In this document: positions 1-9,155 of the stretch, in pieces | How the letters are laid out: each line of letters starts with the position of its first letter | Numbering within the stretch: position 1 is the stretch's first letter | Assembly (NCBI GenBank): GCA_050633245.1 | Contig: JBOEGD010000012.1 | Span: forward strand, 8,746-72,745 | DNA: 64,000 nt | Direction: 5' to 3' | DNA from: Calditrichia bacterium | Lineage (GTDB): Bacteria > Calditrichota > Calditrichia > RBG-13-44-9 > J075 | Program-made: the position numbers and the translations under genes | Notes under the pieces: generated by a model | The model's input: the letters and a program-made list of their open reading frames with translations, nothing else | What the model was told of the DNA's origin: nothing | Databases searched by the model: none

Positions 1-1610
1 CAACTGTTGACTTTATTAATGGTACCTTCGGATTCTCAGGCGTTACCTTCGACGGTAATGGAACCGTCAACTTTCTTACTGAAGTTGTTGTCAATGTAGA
101 TGTCGGCGGTATGCAGGTTAACAGCGGAGTCGATTTCTTTATGGACGGCTCTGACACTGAAATTAGTGGAATCGGACCAGTTGTATTCGATACACCATTC
201 AACTGGGGTCGTGGGTTTGTTTCCGGTAGTGGCATACTGACAATGAACAGCGGCGGCAGTTTTTATTCTGAAAATCGTAAGGTCATCGACGGAAAAACCA
301 TTGTAAATAATGGTACACTGAATTTCGATAGTGGCGATATGCGTATGGATAACGGTGGCTTAGTTATAAACTCACCAAACGCAGAGTTCAATCTTAATCT
401 CTCTACAACCTTTGGTTATCGCGCACCAGGTGGCGGTACAATCGATAATCAGGGAACGTTTAACGCTAACGCAGCAGGATTTATCGACGTCATTTTTGAC
501 AACTCCTCCGTTCTGAATATTGTCGCCGATACCCTGTCGTTTACACGTCAGCTAAATAACAAAACAAATGGGATTATAGCTGGCAGCGGATTTCTGGACC
601 TGGTAAATTCCGGCTTCGACAATGATGGTGTTGTTAGCCCGGGAAGCTCACCCGGTAAAATCATTTTCGACAACGAGTACTCGCAGAACGCGAGCGGCCG
701 TTTAAACATCGAAATTGGTGGAACTGATCCGGGAACAGGCTATGATCAGATTGAAGCATCAGCGATGTCTCTCGATGGAACGCTAAACATCTCTTTTATT
801 AATGGATTCTTTCCATCTCTTGGACAAACGTTTGAGGTTCTTAATTACAATACGCGCAGTGATACATTTCAGACAATCAATACGCCAAGCTTTGGTGATA
901 TTCCGATATTCGCTGTCGAATATCAGTCCGACAAGCTGTTGCTTACTACCATTAACGACAGTAAGATTTCCGTAAATATGAAAGCCTATCTGCAGGGCGC
1001 ATACATCGGTGGCGGACAGATGTCTACCTCTCTGCGCGATCAGGGTTTAGTCCCGGTGACGCAACCATACAATACTGCTCCGTGGAACTACGACGGTGCT
1101 GAGCAGGTCACGACTGTTCCTACAGATGTGGTAGACTGGGTTCTCTTTGAGATTCGCACCAGCACCACTGACGTTCTGGTTCGTCGTGCTGCCTTCCTGA
1201 AAAAGGATGGAAGTATTGTAGAATTGGACGGCGTCTCGGCAATTTGTCTACCTGGATCAGCAGGGAATTATTACCTGGCAGTATACCATCGCAATCATTT
1301 GCCGATAATGAGTGCTAACGCTGTTTCGCTAAGCGAGACTGCAGGTCTATATAATTTTAGCACCGGCCAAGGTCAGGCTTTTGGCACTGATGCAATGGTT
1401 GAAGTTTCTTCCGGAGTATTTGCCTTACCGGGTGGAAACGCTGACGCAAATGCGGCTATCGATTTAACTGACCTTACCGTTGGCTGGAAAAGTGAAGTTG
1501 GGCTATCAGGTTACAAACTAACTGATTTTAATATGAATGGTCAAATCCAGAATACGGATAAAAACTTTGTCTGGAAAGCAGCACGTGGTAAGAGTTCTCA
1601 ACTTCCTTAA
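1..1610 (+). CDS. 5'-truncated secreted beta-strand-repeat (autotransporter-passenger-like) protein; the reading frame is open from nt 3, so the gene starts upstream of the window
   Basis: No stop codon in frame from window start to 1610. Gly/Asn/Asp-rich repeats such as 'GTLNISF' and 'GYDQIEA' are typical of adhesin-like beta-helix passengers. There is no T9SS C-terminal sorting domain at its end. Confidence 0.6.
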   Translation, partial: TVDFINGTFGFSGVTFDGNGTVNFLTEVVVNVDVGGMQVNSGVDFFMDGSDTEISGIGPVVFDTPFNWGRGFVSGSGILTMNSGGSFYSENRKVIDGKTIVNNGTLNFDSGDMRMDNGGLVINSPNAEFNLNLSTTFGYRAPGGGTIDNQGTFNANAAGFIDVIFDNSSVLNIVADTLSFTRQLNNKTNGIIAGSGFLDLVNSGFDNDGVVSPGSSPGKIIFDNEYSQNASGRLNIEIGGTDPGTGYDQIEASAMSLDGTLNISFINGFFPSLGQTFEVLNYNTRSDTFQTINTPSFGDIPIFAVEYQSDKLLLTTINDSKISVNMKAYLQGAYIGGGQMSTSLRDQGLVPVTQPYNTAPWNYDGAEQVTTVPTDVVDWVLFEIRTSTTDVLVRRAAFLKKDGSIVELDGVSAICLPGSAGNYYLAVYHRNHLPIMSANAVSLSETAGLYNFSTGQGQAFGTDAMVEVSSGVFALPGGNADANAAIDLTDLTVGWKSEVGLSGYKLTDFNMNGQIQNTDKNFVWKAARGKSSQLP

Positions 1611-1646
1611 AAAACGAAATAATCAAATCCATTACAGGGAATACAC

Positions 1647-2528
1647 ATGAAACATATAAAATCATTACTCTTTGCGATTGTTTTTGGTTGTCTCGCCACT
1701 TCAACAATCTTTGCTCAAGGATTAACATTTACATTTGCGAACGGTCAATTGACAGGTACCGGGCCTTATAAATACCGAGTATTCGTATTTATTAATGCCG
1801 ATACGCCCGGCACAAAACTCGGAGACACACAAGTATATATTAATTATAACAGCCTTGCTTTCGGAGATTCAATCGCCGCAAGAGGCAAGCTAAGCAGCGG
1901 AAGAACAACGTTACTTGGCGGCAACAGTGGCGGAACAGAGTTATACTCTATTCAAAACATAGTTGATCATGGTACAAACCGGGTTTGTATCACCGCAGCG
2001 TACGACTTCGAATCGAACACCTCTCTTGCCAATGAGGTACCTGAAACTCCTACTGGTTTATTCTTCATTGATATAGAAGTCGAAAATCGAGCATGGCTTT
2101 CCGGACTCAGTTTTGAAGGGTCTTTAATGCAGGGGCAACAATTTCTTGCAGACAACTTTCTTCAATACAGCTCTGTAATAGCGACCGATACAGACGACAC
2201 AGTTCTTGGAGTTGAAACCGTGCAGAACAACATAATTCCAAGCGAGTTTAAAATGGATCAGAATTATCCGAATCCGTTCAACCCGGAAACGACCGTTCGC
2301 TTCGATCTGCCTGCTTCACTTGGCGGCGAGAATGTAACATTGGTTGTCTACGATATGCTTGGTCGTAAGGTTCGCACTCTGCAGGATGGCCCTTTATCTG
2401 CCGGCACCTACGAGCTAAAGTGGGATGCAAAAACAGATACCGGTGCTGACCTGGCTTCCGGAACCTATCTGCTACGCCTTCAGGCAAAACGTCAGCAGCA
2501 AATCATCAAAATGCTGTTGATGAAGTAA
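1647..2528 (+). CDS. T9SS C-terminal-domain secreted protein (hypothetical)
   Basis: N-terminal signal peptide MKHIKSLLFAIVFGCLATSTIFAQG. C-terminal 'DQNYPNPFNPETTVRF...GTYLLRLQA...KMLLMK' matches the Por_Secre_tail (TIGR04183) signature. Confidence 0.8.
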   Translation: MKHIKSLLFAIVFGCLATSTIFAQGLTFTFANGQLTGTGPYKYRVFVFINADTPGTKLGDTQVYINYNSLAFGDSIAARGKLSSGRTTLLGGNSGGTELYSIQNIVDHGTNRVCITAAYDFESNTSLANEVPETPTGLFFIDIEVENRAWLSGLSFEGSLMQGQQFLADNFLQYSSVIATDTDDTVLGVETVQNNIIPSEFKMDQNYPNPFNPETTVRFDLPASLGGENVTLVVYDMLGRKVRTLQDGPLSAGTYELKWDAKTDTGADLASGTYLLRLQAKRQQQIIKMLLMK

Positions 2529-2552
2529 GCAGGATACATTTGCAACAAAAAA

Positions 2553-2584
2553 GGGCGTTCGATTTTATCGAACGCCCTTTTTTT
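2553..2584. terminator. Bidirectional rho-independent terminator between convergent genes
   Basis: GGGCGTTCGA / TCGAACGCCC stem with 6-nt loop. An A-run precedes it (2545-2552) and T7 follows it (2578-2584), so it reads as hairpin plus U-tract on both strands. Confidence 0.75.
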
Positions 2585-2603
2585 ATCTAAAGATTTCAAA
2601 CTC

Positions 2604-4670
2604 TTATTTCATTTCGGCAATCTGCTTTAACATATCTTTTGGATTTTGAAAGTCTGGATCCAACTCGATAGCCTTTTTATACGAAGCAATGGCCTTTTCT
2701 TTTTCTCCGGTTGCCAGATAAAACTCTCCAAGACTATCTCGAAGATTTGCCACCTCCGGATTCAATTCAACCGCCACACTCAGCAACTTAACCGCAGCAG
2801 CGGGCTGGCCAAGTCCACCAACACGATAGGCAAGGTTATTTAGGTTGTTCTGATTGGCAGGGCCTCGTGAATCGAGCTCAACTGACTTTCTCATATTCTT
2901 CGCGCCAGATTCTCTACTCCCCAGTAATACATCCACTATTCCATAAGCGCCAAGAGCTGTCGCCGAATTGGGATACTGCTCAGCTCCAAGTTTTGCCAGG
3001 GCATAGGCCTGCTTGGGGTTCACGACAAAAGCCTCCTGGACCATTTGCCATATCTGCCCTGAGTAATCCGGCACTAAGGCGGAGTTTCCATATTTATTTT
3101 TGTACTGGCTTTCCAGCATCTTCACATCAGAGTTTGCTTTTATCTCGAGACCACCGGAATTTTGCAAGGATTTCCAATTTGCATTCCATGCCTTCAACTT
3201 CGCGGCAACTGATGGTTTAAATTGATGGCTTGTCGGTACATCGGCTCTTCCTGCAACCGCAGCATGATAGGCAACAGCCATTTCCAGAGGCGCCTGGTCG
3301 TAGATCAAAGGTAATTTCTTCGGCGCCAACCGGGCAATTTGCATAGCCATATACGAACCTGCTGTTTGCCAGGCTCGCTTACCAATGGCATTAGACCCGG
3401 CGTTAACGAGGTCAGACGTCAAATTATCATTGTTCAAAAGTGCAAATGCCTCGGCCACCCGAGCTTCATTTGAGTTACTGGCTTTTTTCTGCCAATCGTA
3501 GTAGGCCACGCCTTGATCAAGGCATTTTCGAAGAGCTGAGTGTAGCTGTTTGTCTCCCTCATTAGAGAAGTAGGGATTGGGTAAATTTCGATTTAATCCC
3601 AACATTTCATAGGCCAAAAAGCGCGAATATTTGCGCGGTGATGAGTTTTCTAAATTACTGGCAACGGCGATCGTCAAATCTATTCCCGGAAAGTGTGCCA
3701 GGTCTGTTCGCGTCCCCTCCTGTGCACCACCATGCGCAACCAGATATCGCCCAGATAGCCCGTCAACGCCCCATCCCATCGCATAGTAGGTTATTCGTCC
3801 GTCTTTAGTTGACATTGAGGTCCACATCTCATTGCGGGTAGCTTTTTCCAGCACCTTGCCTGCGCTAAGGCCTTTTGCAAAACGCACCATATCTGTTGCA
3901 GTCGCACGCGTCCCGCCACCCCCGATTTTTAAACTTGTACTAACCGGAACCGAATTTTCGACCCGGTCGTTGCGAATTCGATAGCCCTGAACACGATCCG
4001 GAATAAGCTGATAAAGGTAGTCTACTGATGTATTGTTCATTTCCAACGGCTGCCAAACCTCACTTGTCATAAAATCCTGAAAACTCATACCTGAGGCACT
4101 TTCAATAATTGCCCACAACACGTTATAACCATAAGTTGTGTAGTTATACTCTGTTCCAGGTTCCGCCAGCAACTCCCAATCCTGAAATATCTGAAGGGCT
4201 TCTTCGGTAGTCATATCATTCACGGTGAGTGCTTCAGCAGAATAATTGCGATAGTGGCTAACGCCACCAAGATGTCCTAACAGCTGTCGGACTGTCAGTG
4301 GCCACTGTTTCCGCGGAAAGTTTGGGAGATAAGTTTGCACTTCAGCATCCAAATCGATCTTGCCCTGTTCTACCAATTCTAATATGCCCACAGCAGTCAT
4401 CGGCTTTGAAACAGAGGCCATACGATAAGAAGACTTTTCTGAAGCCGGGGTTTTATTTTCAAGATCAGAGAAACCATATCCCCGAGACCAGTGAACTTCT
4501 CCTTGCGAAAAGGCAACTGTTACCCCAACCAGTTGATTTTCTAAAATATCCGCTTGAATAAGCGCTTCCAACTTTGCTATAGCATTCTGATAGCGTGGAG
4601 GAATGTCAGTTGCCTCTTGTCCGATAGCAGGTATCCAAAAAAGCATAATTAGTATCAGGTGTTTGCGCAT
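2604..4670 (-). CDS. Serine hydrolase of the beta-lactamase/PBP-like family with a C-terminal TPR-repeat domain; secreted
   Basis: Signal peptide. S-x-x-K motif 'ASVSKPMTAVGI' in a class-C beta-lactamase-like N-terminal half. The C-terminal ~250 aa carries TPR-like repeats (…AYRVGGLGQPAAAVKLL…EKAIASYKKAIELDPDF). Confidence 0.8.
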   Translation of the reverse strand: MRKHLILIMLFWIPAIGQEATDIPPRYQNAIAKLEALIQADILENQLVGVTVAFSQGEVHWSRGYGFSDLENKTPASEKSSYRMASVSKPMTAVGILELVEQGKIDLDAEVQTYLPNFPRKQWPLTVRQLLGHLGGVSHYRNYSAEALTVNDMTTEEALQIFQDWELLAEPGTEYNYTTYGYNVLWAIIESASGMSFQDFMTSEVWQPLEMNNTSVDYLYQLIPDRVQGYRIRNDRVENSVPVSTSLKIGGGGTRATATDMVRFAKGLSAGKVLEKATRNEMWTSMSTKDGRITYYAMGWGVDGLSGRYLVAHGGAQEGTRTDLAHFPGIDLTIAVASNLENSSPRKYSRFLAYEMLGLNRNLPNPYFSNEGDKQLHSALRKCLDQGVAYYDWQKKASNSNEARVAEAFALLNNDNLTSDLVNAGSNAIGKRAWQTAGSYMAMQIARLAPKKLPLIYDQAPLEMAVAYHAAVAGRADVPTSHQFKPSVAAKLKAWNANWKSLQNSGGLEIKANSDVKMLESQYKNKYGNSALVPDYSGQIWQMVQEAFVVNPKQAYALAKLGAEQYPNSATALGAYGIVDVLLGSRESGAKNMRKSVELDSRGPANQNNLNNLAYRVGGLGQPAAAVKLLSVAVELNPEVANLRDSLGEFYLATGEKEKAIASYKKAIELDPDFQNPKDMLKQIAEMK

Positions 4671-4847
4671 AAAGTTAATCCTCCAGGAATATTGAGCTCT
4701 GCGGAATTAGTATGAGTGGTTGATGCAGTCAGGTATGTAATAAAAACGTTTTAGGCGATGGATGCAAAAGAATGTTGTTGAAAAAGAATGATGTTGAAAA
4801 AGAACAAAACCCCGCAGTCACTACGGGGCTAGTTCAAAAAGATGAGC

Positions 4848-5324
4848 CTACTTTCTGTATACAAGCACATTTTCGTAAATGGAATTGAATTCATCTTCAT
4901 CGATTTCAACCGTTAACTTGTTCTTGTCTCGGGGAGCCCTCAACGCGTCAAAATCTATGTGTTGAAGATGTTCCCGAATCGTTGCGTTGTCTTCGAACCG
5001 ATGCTGACGCTCTAAAAAGCCCAGAGCCCATTGGTTATTCATTTTAGTCAGTGCAACCAAAGCAAGGCGTCGAACCTGCGTATCTTCATGATTACGAAAG
5101 ACGCGCATTACATCAAAGACGGCTTCTCTAACATCAAGTTTTCCATCATACCGAATAACCAACTGCATGGCGGATTGCTGTAAACCAGGCTTTTCAGATT
5201 TTAATGCAAGAACAACATTATCACTGAAGATCTTCCAGCGATCTTCTCCGGCATGTAGTGAATGGAAGCTTAGCGTTATAAATATGGCAGCGAGTGCCAA
5301 CAAGATAGTACGGCGGTTTTTCAT
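4848..5324 (-). CDS. Hypothetical secreted protein, HEAT/ARM-like helical
   Basis: Signal peptide MKNRRTILLALAAIFITLSFHSLHA followed by helical-repeat-like composition; no recognisable catalytic motif. Confidence 0.55.
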   Translation of the reverse strand: MKNRRTILLALAAIFITLSFHSLHAGEDRWKIFSDNVVLALKSEKPGLQQSAMQLVIRYDGKLDVREAVFDVMRVFRNHEDTQVRRLALVALTKMNNQWALGFLERQHRFEDNATIREHLQHIDFDALRAPRDKNKLTVEIDEDEFNSIYENVLVYRK

Positions 5325-5423
5325 GGCGAATCCCTTTTAAGATAGTTTATAAATAAAGTTACTGTGGCGTAATCTTGCTTACGGAGAAATTTTATGATGG
5401 TTACAAAAAGACTGGTTTTAGGC

Positions 5424-5465
5424 ATAAAAAAAGTGCCTGACCGCCACAGTCAGGCACTTAAAAGG
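5424..5465 (-). terminator. Rho-independent terminator on the minus strand
   Basis: GTGCCTGAC / GTCAGGCAC 9-bp stem with 7-nt loop at 5431-5455. On the minus strand it is followed by TTTTTTTAT (the A-run at 5424-5430 on the plus strand). It would terminate a minus-strand transcript from the 5.46-5.88 kb spacer. Confidence 0.5.
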
Positions 5466-5876
5466 GATTCGCCACATAGTGACGAGATGAATTATAGCGA
5501 ATGAGGACTTAAAACTCAATTGCTAAAAGAAATAATTTATTAAGCCCCTTTTAACCGCCAGCCTGCCAAGCTGTTTCCAAACAGCCGCTCAACACAACAG
5601 ACCTCCCCCTGAACGCTATGCTTTAGCATCAAAACTTTAGCTGTTTTTTCTAAATTGATTTTTTTTAAGAAGACCGCCAATATCCTGTGACACTTTCGTG
5701 ATAAAATAGTCAATAGAGACTTTTTCGGGCTTTTGAAGAGCTTCAAAGCAATCGGTAGAAAATAGTTCATTTTCCAAATTGTTCAAGATCTCCGTGACAT
5801 CCTCGTGATCTTCTTTTCACACATTTGGAACAGATTTTCAAATAAACCAACCCATTAGTTTAACCGTTTTGAAAGG

Positions 5877-6809
5877 ATGTATCTCATGTTGAAGAAGATT
5901 CTGTTATTAAGCTTTGTCTCGCTATTTGCATTTTGGGGATGTTCTAATGAAGACTCGATTCTGTCTTCAGACAGCCCGATTACCGAAAGCAGTTCCAGTA
6001 GTCAGGATGATATTACTGTTGAGCAGTCTGCATTTAATTCACAGCTCGAAGCAGAGATTGCTTCCGAGAGCGAAGACATTACGTTTACCGCAAAATTTAT
6101 CAATCGTATTGATGGCCCAACCGTAATTACCGAGCCGGGATTTTATCGCGTTACAAAAAACTTTAGTGTTACTGAAGCCGGAGCAGATGCGATCGTTATT
6201 CAGTCTGACAATGTTTTTCTTTCTCTTGGCGGACATACAATAAAAGGCCCGGGTAACAAAGACGGTCGTGGTATCGTGCTTGATAATGTTCGGAATGTAC
6301 TCGTAGCAAATGGACGATTGAAAACATTTGGTATAGGCGTGGTTATGGATGGCACAATCCGTTCCGCGGTAAAAGGGATTAAAACCGTTGGTGGCGATGA
6401 GTTTGCCGATCCGCCAAATGGTGTCGCACCCCAAATTGGTATTATGTTGATCAACAGTTACCGAAACTATATCTTGTGGAACACCTACCGCAAAGTAAAC
6501 CTCGGTATCTTCGTCCGCGGTGGCAACAGCTTTGAAAATCGCATTCTCAATAATACGGCTCGTGCCGGTGATAATGGATTGTTGGCAATCTGCTATAACC
6601 CGGCTCCCGGCGGTGATCCGGCTGGACCGCATGATGATGTTGTTCGCGGCAATAACCTGGTTCGCTTTGGTGTTGGCATCTCTGCAAGCGCTGAATCTAC
6701 GAACAATTACTTCGTACGCAATCGCATCCGCTTCTTCAACGATGATTATGTTGATGCAAACGGCAGCAATGTATTCGAGAATAACAACTCGCGTCAAATT
6801 AATCCCTAG
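5877..6809 (+). CDS. Right-handed parallel beta-helix repeat lipoprotein (pectate-lyase-fold-like)
   Basis: Signal peptide plus lipobox-like 'FAFWGC'. Repetitive N/G/V-rich segments (NVRNVLVANG, NRILNNTARAGDNG, NNYFVRNRIRF) are typical of PbH1 beta-helix repeats. An alternative start at ATG 5886 has better SD spacing (AAAGGA). Confidence 0.65.
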   Translation: MYLMLKKILLLSFVSLFAFWGCSNEDSILSSDSPITESSSSSQDDITVEQSAFNSQLEAEIASESEDITFTAKFINRIDGPTVITEPGFYRVTKNFSVTEAGADAIVIQSDNVFLSLGGHTIKGPGNKDGRGIVLDNVRNVLVANGRLKTFGIGVVMDGTIRSAVKGIKTVGGDEFADPPNGVAPQIGIMLINSYRNYILWNTYRKVNLGIFVRGGNSFENRILNNTARAGDNGLLAICYNPAPGGDPAGPHDDVVRGNNLVRFGVGISASAESTNNYFVRNRIRFFNDDYVDANGSNVFENNNSRQINP

Positions 6810-6895
6810 AACAATTATTCCCTCCCCCTCCAATGCAAAGAGCGACTGCCCATTATAGTCAGTCGCTCTTGCTGGTCGTTCGCTGGGGGAACATC

Positions 6896-9025
6896 TTACT
6901 TCATCAATACCATCTTACGCGACGTTGTAAAATTACCAGCCTGAAGCTGATAGAAATACGTACCGGATGCCAATTCAGCAGCATTAAACGTAAACTGATG
7001 CTCTCCTGAAGTCAGGTTTCCATCCACTACCGTTGCAACCTGCCTTCCCTGTAAATCAAACACCTTCACCGTAACCTGCCCCGGAATAGCCATACCAAAA
7101 CTGATCGTTGTTGAAGGATTAAATGGATTGGGATAATTCTGCTTCAGAGAAAAGTTCTCCGGTAATGCTGTATTTTCATCACCAAACCCCAGCGGTGTTC
7201 CTGTTACAATGGGAAGAATAATCTGCGAAGGAAATGCGGCACTGCGCTGCATGTCAAGAACCGGTGTTCCGCTTGTTGGAATGCGTTCAAAAGTGTCCGC
7301 ATCATGTCCGGCGATGGCCACGCGAATGCGATGGCCCGGCTCCAGCATTACTGATGTCGGTTGCAAAGTAAAATGTAGTTCCACAATCTCATTTGCCGGA
7401 ATAGGAGCACCATCAGCTGCCAGGTAACTATGATAAGGTCCAAACTGATGATATGGCGGTGTACCATTGCTTACCTGACGGTGTAGCGCTCTGAGTATTC
7501 CTTCGGTGATATACGTAACGCGACCATCCGGAGCAACGTCTTCCAGGTAGGCGATAAAGGTGCCATCACTCTCGGAAGACCGCACAAACAACTTCACTTG
7601 TGGATGTCCGGTAATCTCCAGATTCTCCGTGAGAGGCTCAGAGGTATAGGTCAACAGCTTCTGATCTTCAAACTGACGATCGGTAATTAGCTTATCATTA
7701 TCCTGCAGCCAACGACCGCCGACACCGGTTGTAGCAGTAAAGTCCACGGTATAACTGTCGAACGCATCGCTACTTTGTGAAGGATTCTCAGCAAGTTTGC
7801 CGTCAGCACTAAAAAAGAGCGTTTCGTTAACAACATCTGCCGGAGGCCAAACGTCTGTCGTTTTCCAGGCACCTTCATTCAACGTATAGTATAGAATTTG
7901 ATTTTGAGCCTGTGGCGGCGTGGTCTCTTTTAAATACGGTGCCATGAAGGCCTCGAGCTGAACATATTGTTCTTCCACCGAGACACTGTCTATACCGCCA
8001 GGATGAAATGGGTCGAGTGCATCTTCCGAACCATGCCCCCAGGGACCAATTACAGTGAACTGTGGATTAGAGAAAGTATGGAAACGCGTCAACACGCCAT
8101 TAGCCGTACCGGCATCAAACCAGCCGGCTTGTGCAAAATAAGCGACGCCACTTTGCTCGATGTCCTGTCGAAAGGCGTATGGGCTAAAGTCTTTCATTTC
8201 AACACTGCCAAAAAGATCGTCTTTATACACAACGGATTGAATCGCATCGCCAACAACCAAATTGTTTGCGTGTTGTAAGATTGCTTCATCCAACATGGTT
8301 CTATCCGGATCTGCATCAACCGGACGAACGCCGGAAACGATAAACTCTTTTATAGACGGACAATCACCGGGGTCTGCACCAACGACCCCACAAATATCAT
8401 TGGCATCCAGCAATTCATTAAATTCTGACCAAGCCTGAACAAACGTTACGTTCTTAACACCACCGGGAATAGCCAGATCTAAATACGGATCAAAATCCGA
8501 GAAATGTGGTGCAATCACTTTTACCTCGCTCCGTCCAACCGAACCGGTAAACTCCGCAGTGTTTCCATCATATGAGACGCCAAAAGAGCCGATTTTAGAA
8601 TTGCTCCAGTTTTGTGCCGCTATCCAGTCGCTAACCTCACCGAGATCATTGATTTCATCACCAGACCAAGGCGATGTTCTACTGCCAAAAGAAGCTCCGG
8701 AGCCACGAGCATCGACTACGACAAAAGCATAGCCAAATGTATTCCAGAATTCACCTTCCAAAGCGGTATCATCGTCGATGAATTGTGGATTGATAATATC
8801 GAATGCTCGCCAATAACGGGTTGAACGTATAACGGCCGGAATTTGTTGTCCAGCCGTTATCTGCGGTAAGAAAACGTCAACGGCTACCTTTACGCTATCC
8901 GGCATGGTTATGTAAATACTTTCACGAGAACTCGTTTGGGCGGTAAGGCGATTAGACCAAACCAAAGTTAATAGAACTGCTACCAAAAGTGGCAGAGCAC
9001 AAGACTTTACAATTTTCATTTTCAA
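6896..9025 (-). CDS. CocE/NonD-family (X-Pro dipeptidyl-peptidase, S15-like) alpha/beta hydrolase with T9SS C-terminal domain
   Basis: Signal peptide. 'FVVVDARGSGASFG' and 'GVSYDGNTAEF' nucleophile-elbow region resemble the CocE/NonD family. C-terminus 'KQNYPNPFNPSTTISF...GTYFYQLQA...KMVLMK'. Confidence 0.75.
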   Translation of the reverse strand: MKMKIVKSCALPLLVAVLLTLVWSNRLTAQTSSRESIYITMPDSVKVAVDVFLPQITAGQQIPAVIRSTRYWRAFDIINPQFIDDDTALEGEFWNTFGYAFVVVDARGSGASFGSRTSPWSGDEINDLGEVSDWIAAQNWSNSKIGSFGVSYDGNTAEFTGSVGRSEVKVIAPHFSDFDPYLDLAIPGGVKNVTFVQAWSEFNELLDANDICGVVGADPGDCPSIKEFIVSGVRPVDADPDRTMLDEAILQHANNLVVGDAIQSVVYKDDLFGSVEMKDFSPYAFRQDIEQSGVAYFAQAGWFDAGTANGVLTRFHTFSNPQFTVIGPWGHGSEDALDPFHPGGIDSVSVEEQYVQLEAFMAPYLKETTPPQAQNQILYYTLNEGAWKTTDVWPPADVVNETLFFSADGKLAENPSQSSDAFDSYTVDFTATTGVGGRWLQDNDKLITDRQFEDQKLLTYTSEPLTENLEITGHPQVKLFVRSSESDGTFIAYLEDVAPDGRVTYITEGILRALHRQVSNGTPPYHQFGPYHSYLAADGAPIPANEIVELHFTLQPTSVMLEPGHRIRVAIAGHDADTFERIPTSGTPVLDMQRSAAFPSQIILPIVTGTPLGFGDENTALPENFSLKQNYPNPFNPSTTISFGMAIPGQVTVKVFDLQGRQVATVVDGNLTSGEHQFTFNAAELASGTYFYQLQAGNFTTSRKMVLMK

Positions 9026-9155
9026 TCTCCATTATGTTGCAAATGATCGTTTTCACTGTTTACTTTGAACCTGCAGCGAAACAGGTATAGACATTCCGAT
9101 TCTCAACGCTATCCTGTTCACTGTAGGCTAAATAACGCATATTGTCTCATGGAGA

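Noticed and set aside
6039-6833. 264-aa ORF on the minus strand
   Set aside because: It is fully antisense to the signal-peptide-bearing beta-helix lipoprotein gene (5877..6809). Repeat-rich genes commonly generate long antisense ORFs, and its composition (Ile/Asn/Cys-rich) is not protein-like.
6839-6869. Hairpin AGAGCGACTG…CAGTCGCTCT between convergent genes
   Set aside because: A 10-bp stem but no flanking U-tract on either strand; possibly structural, not called as a terminator.
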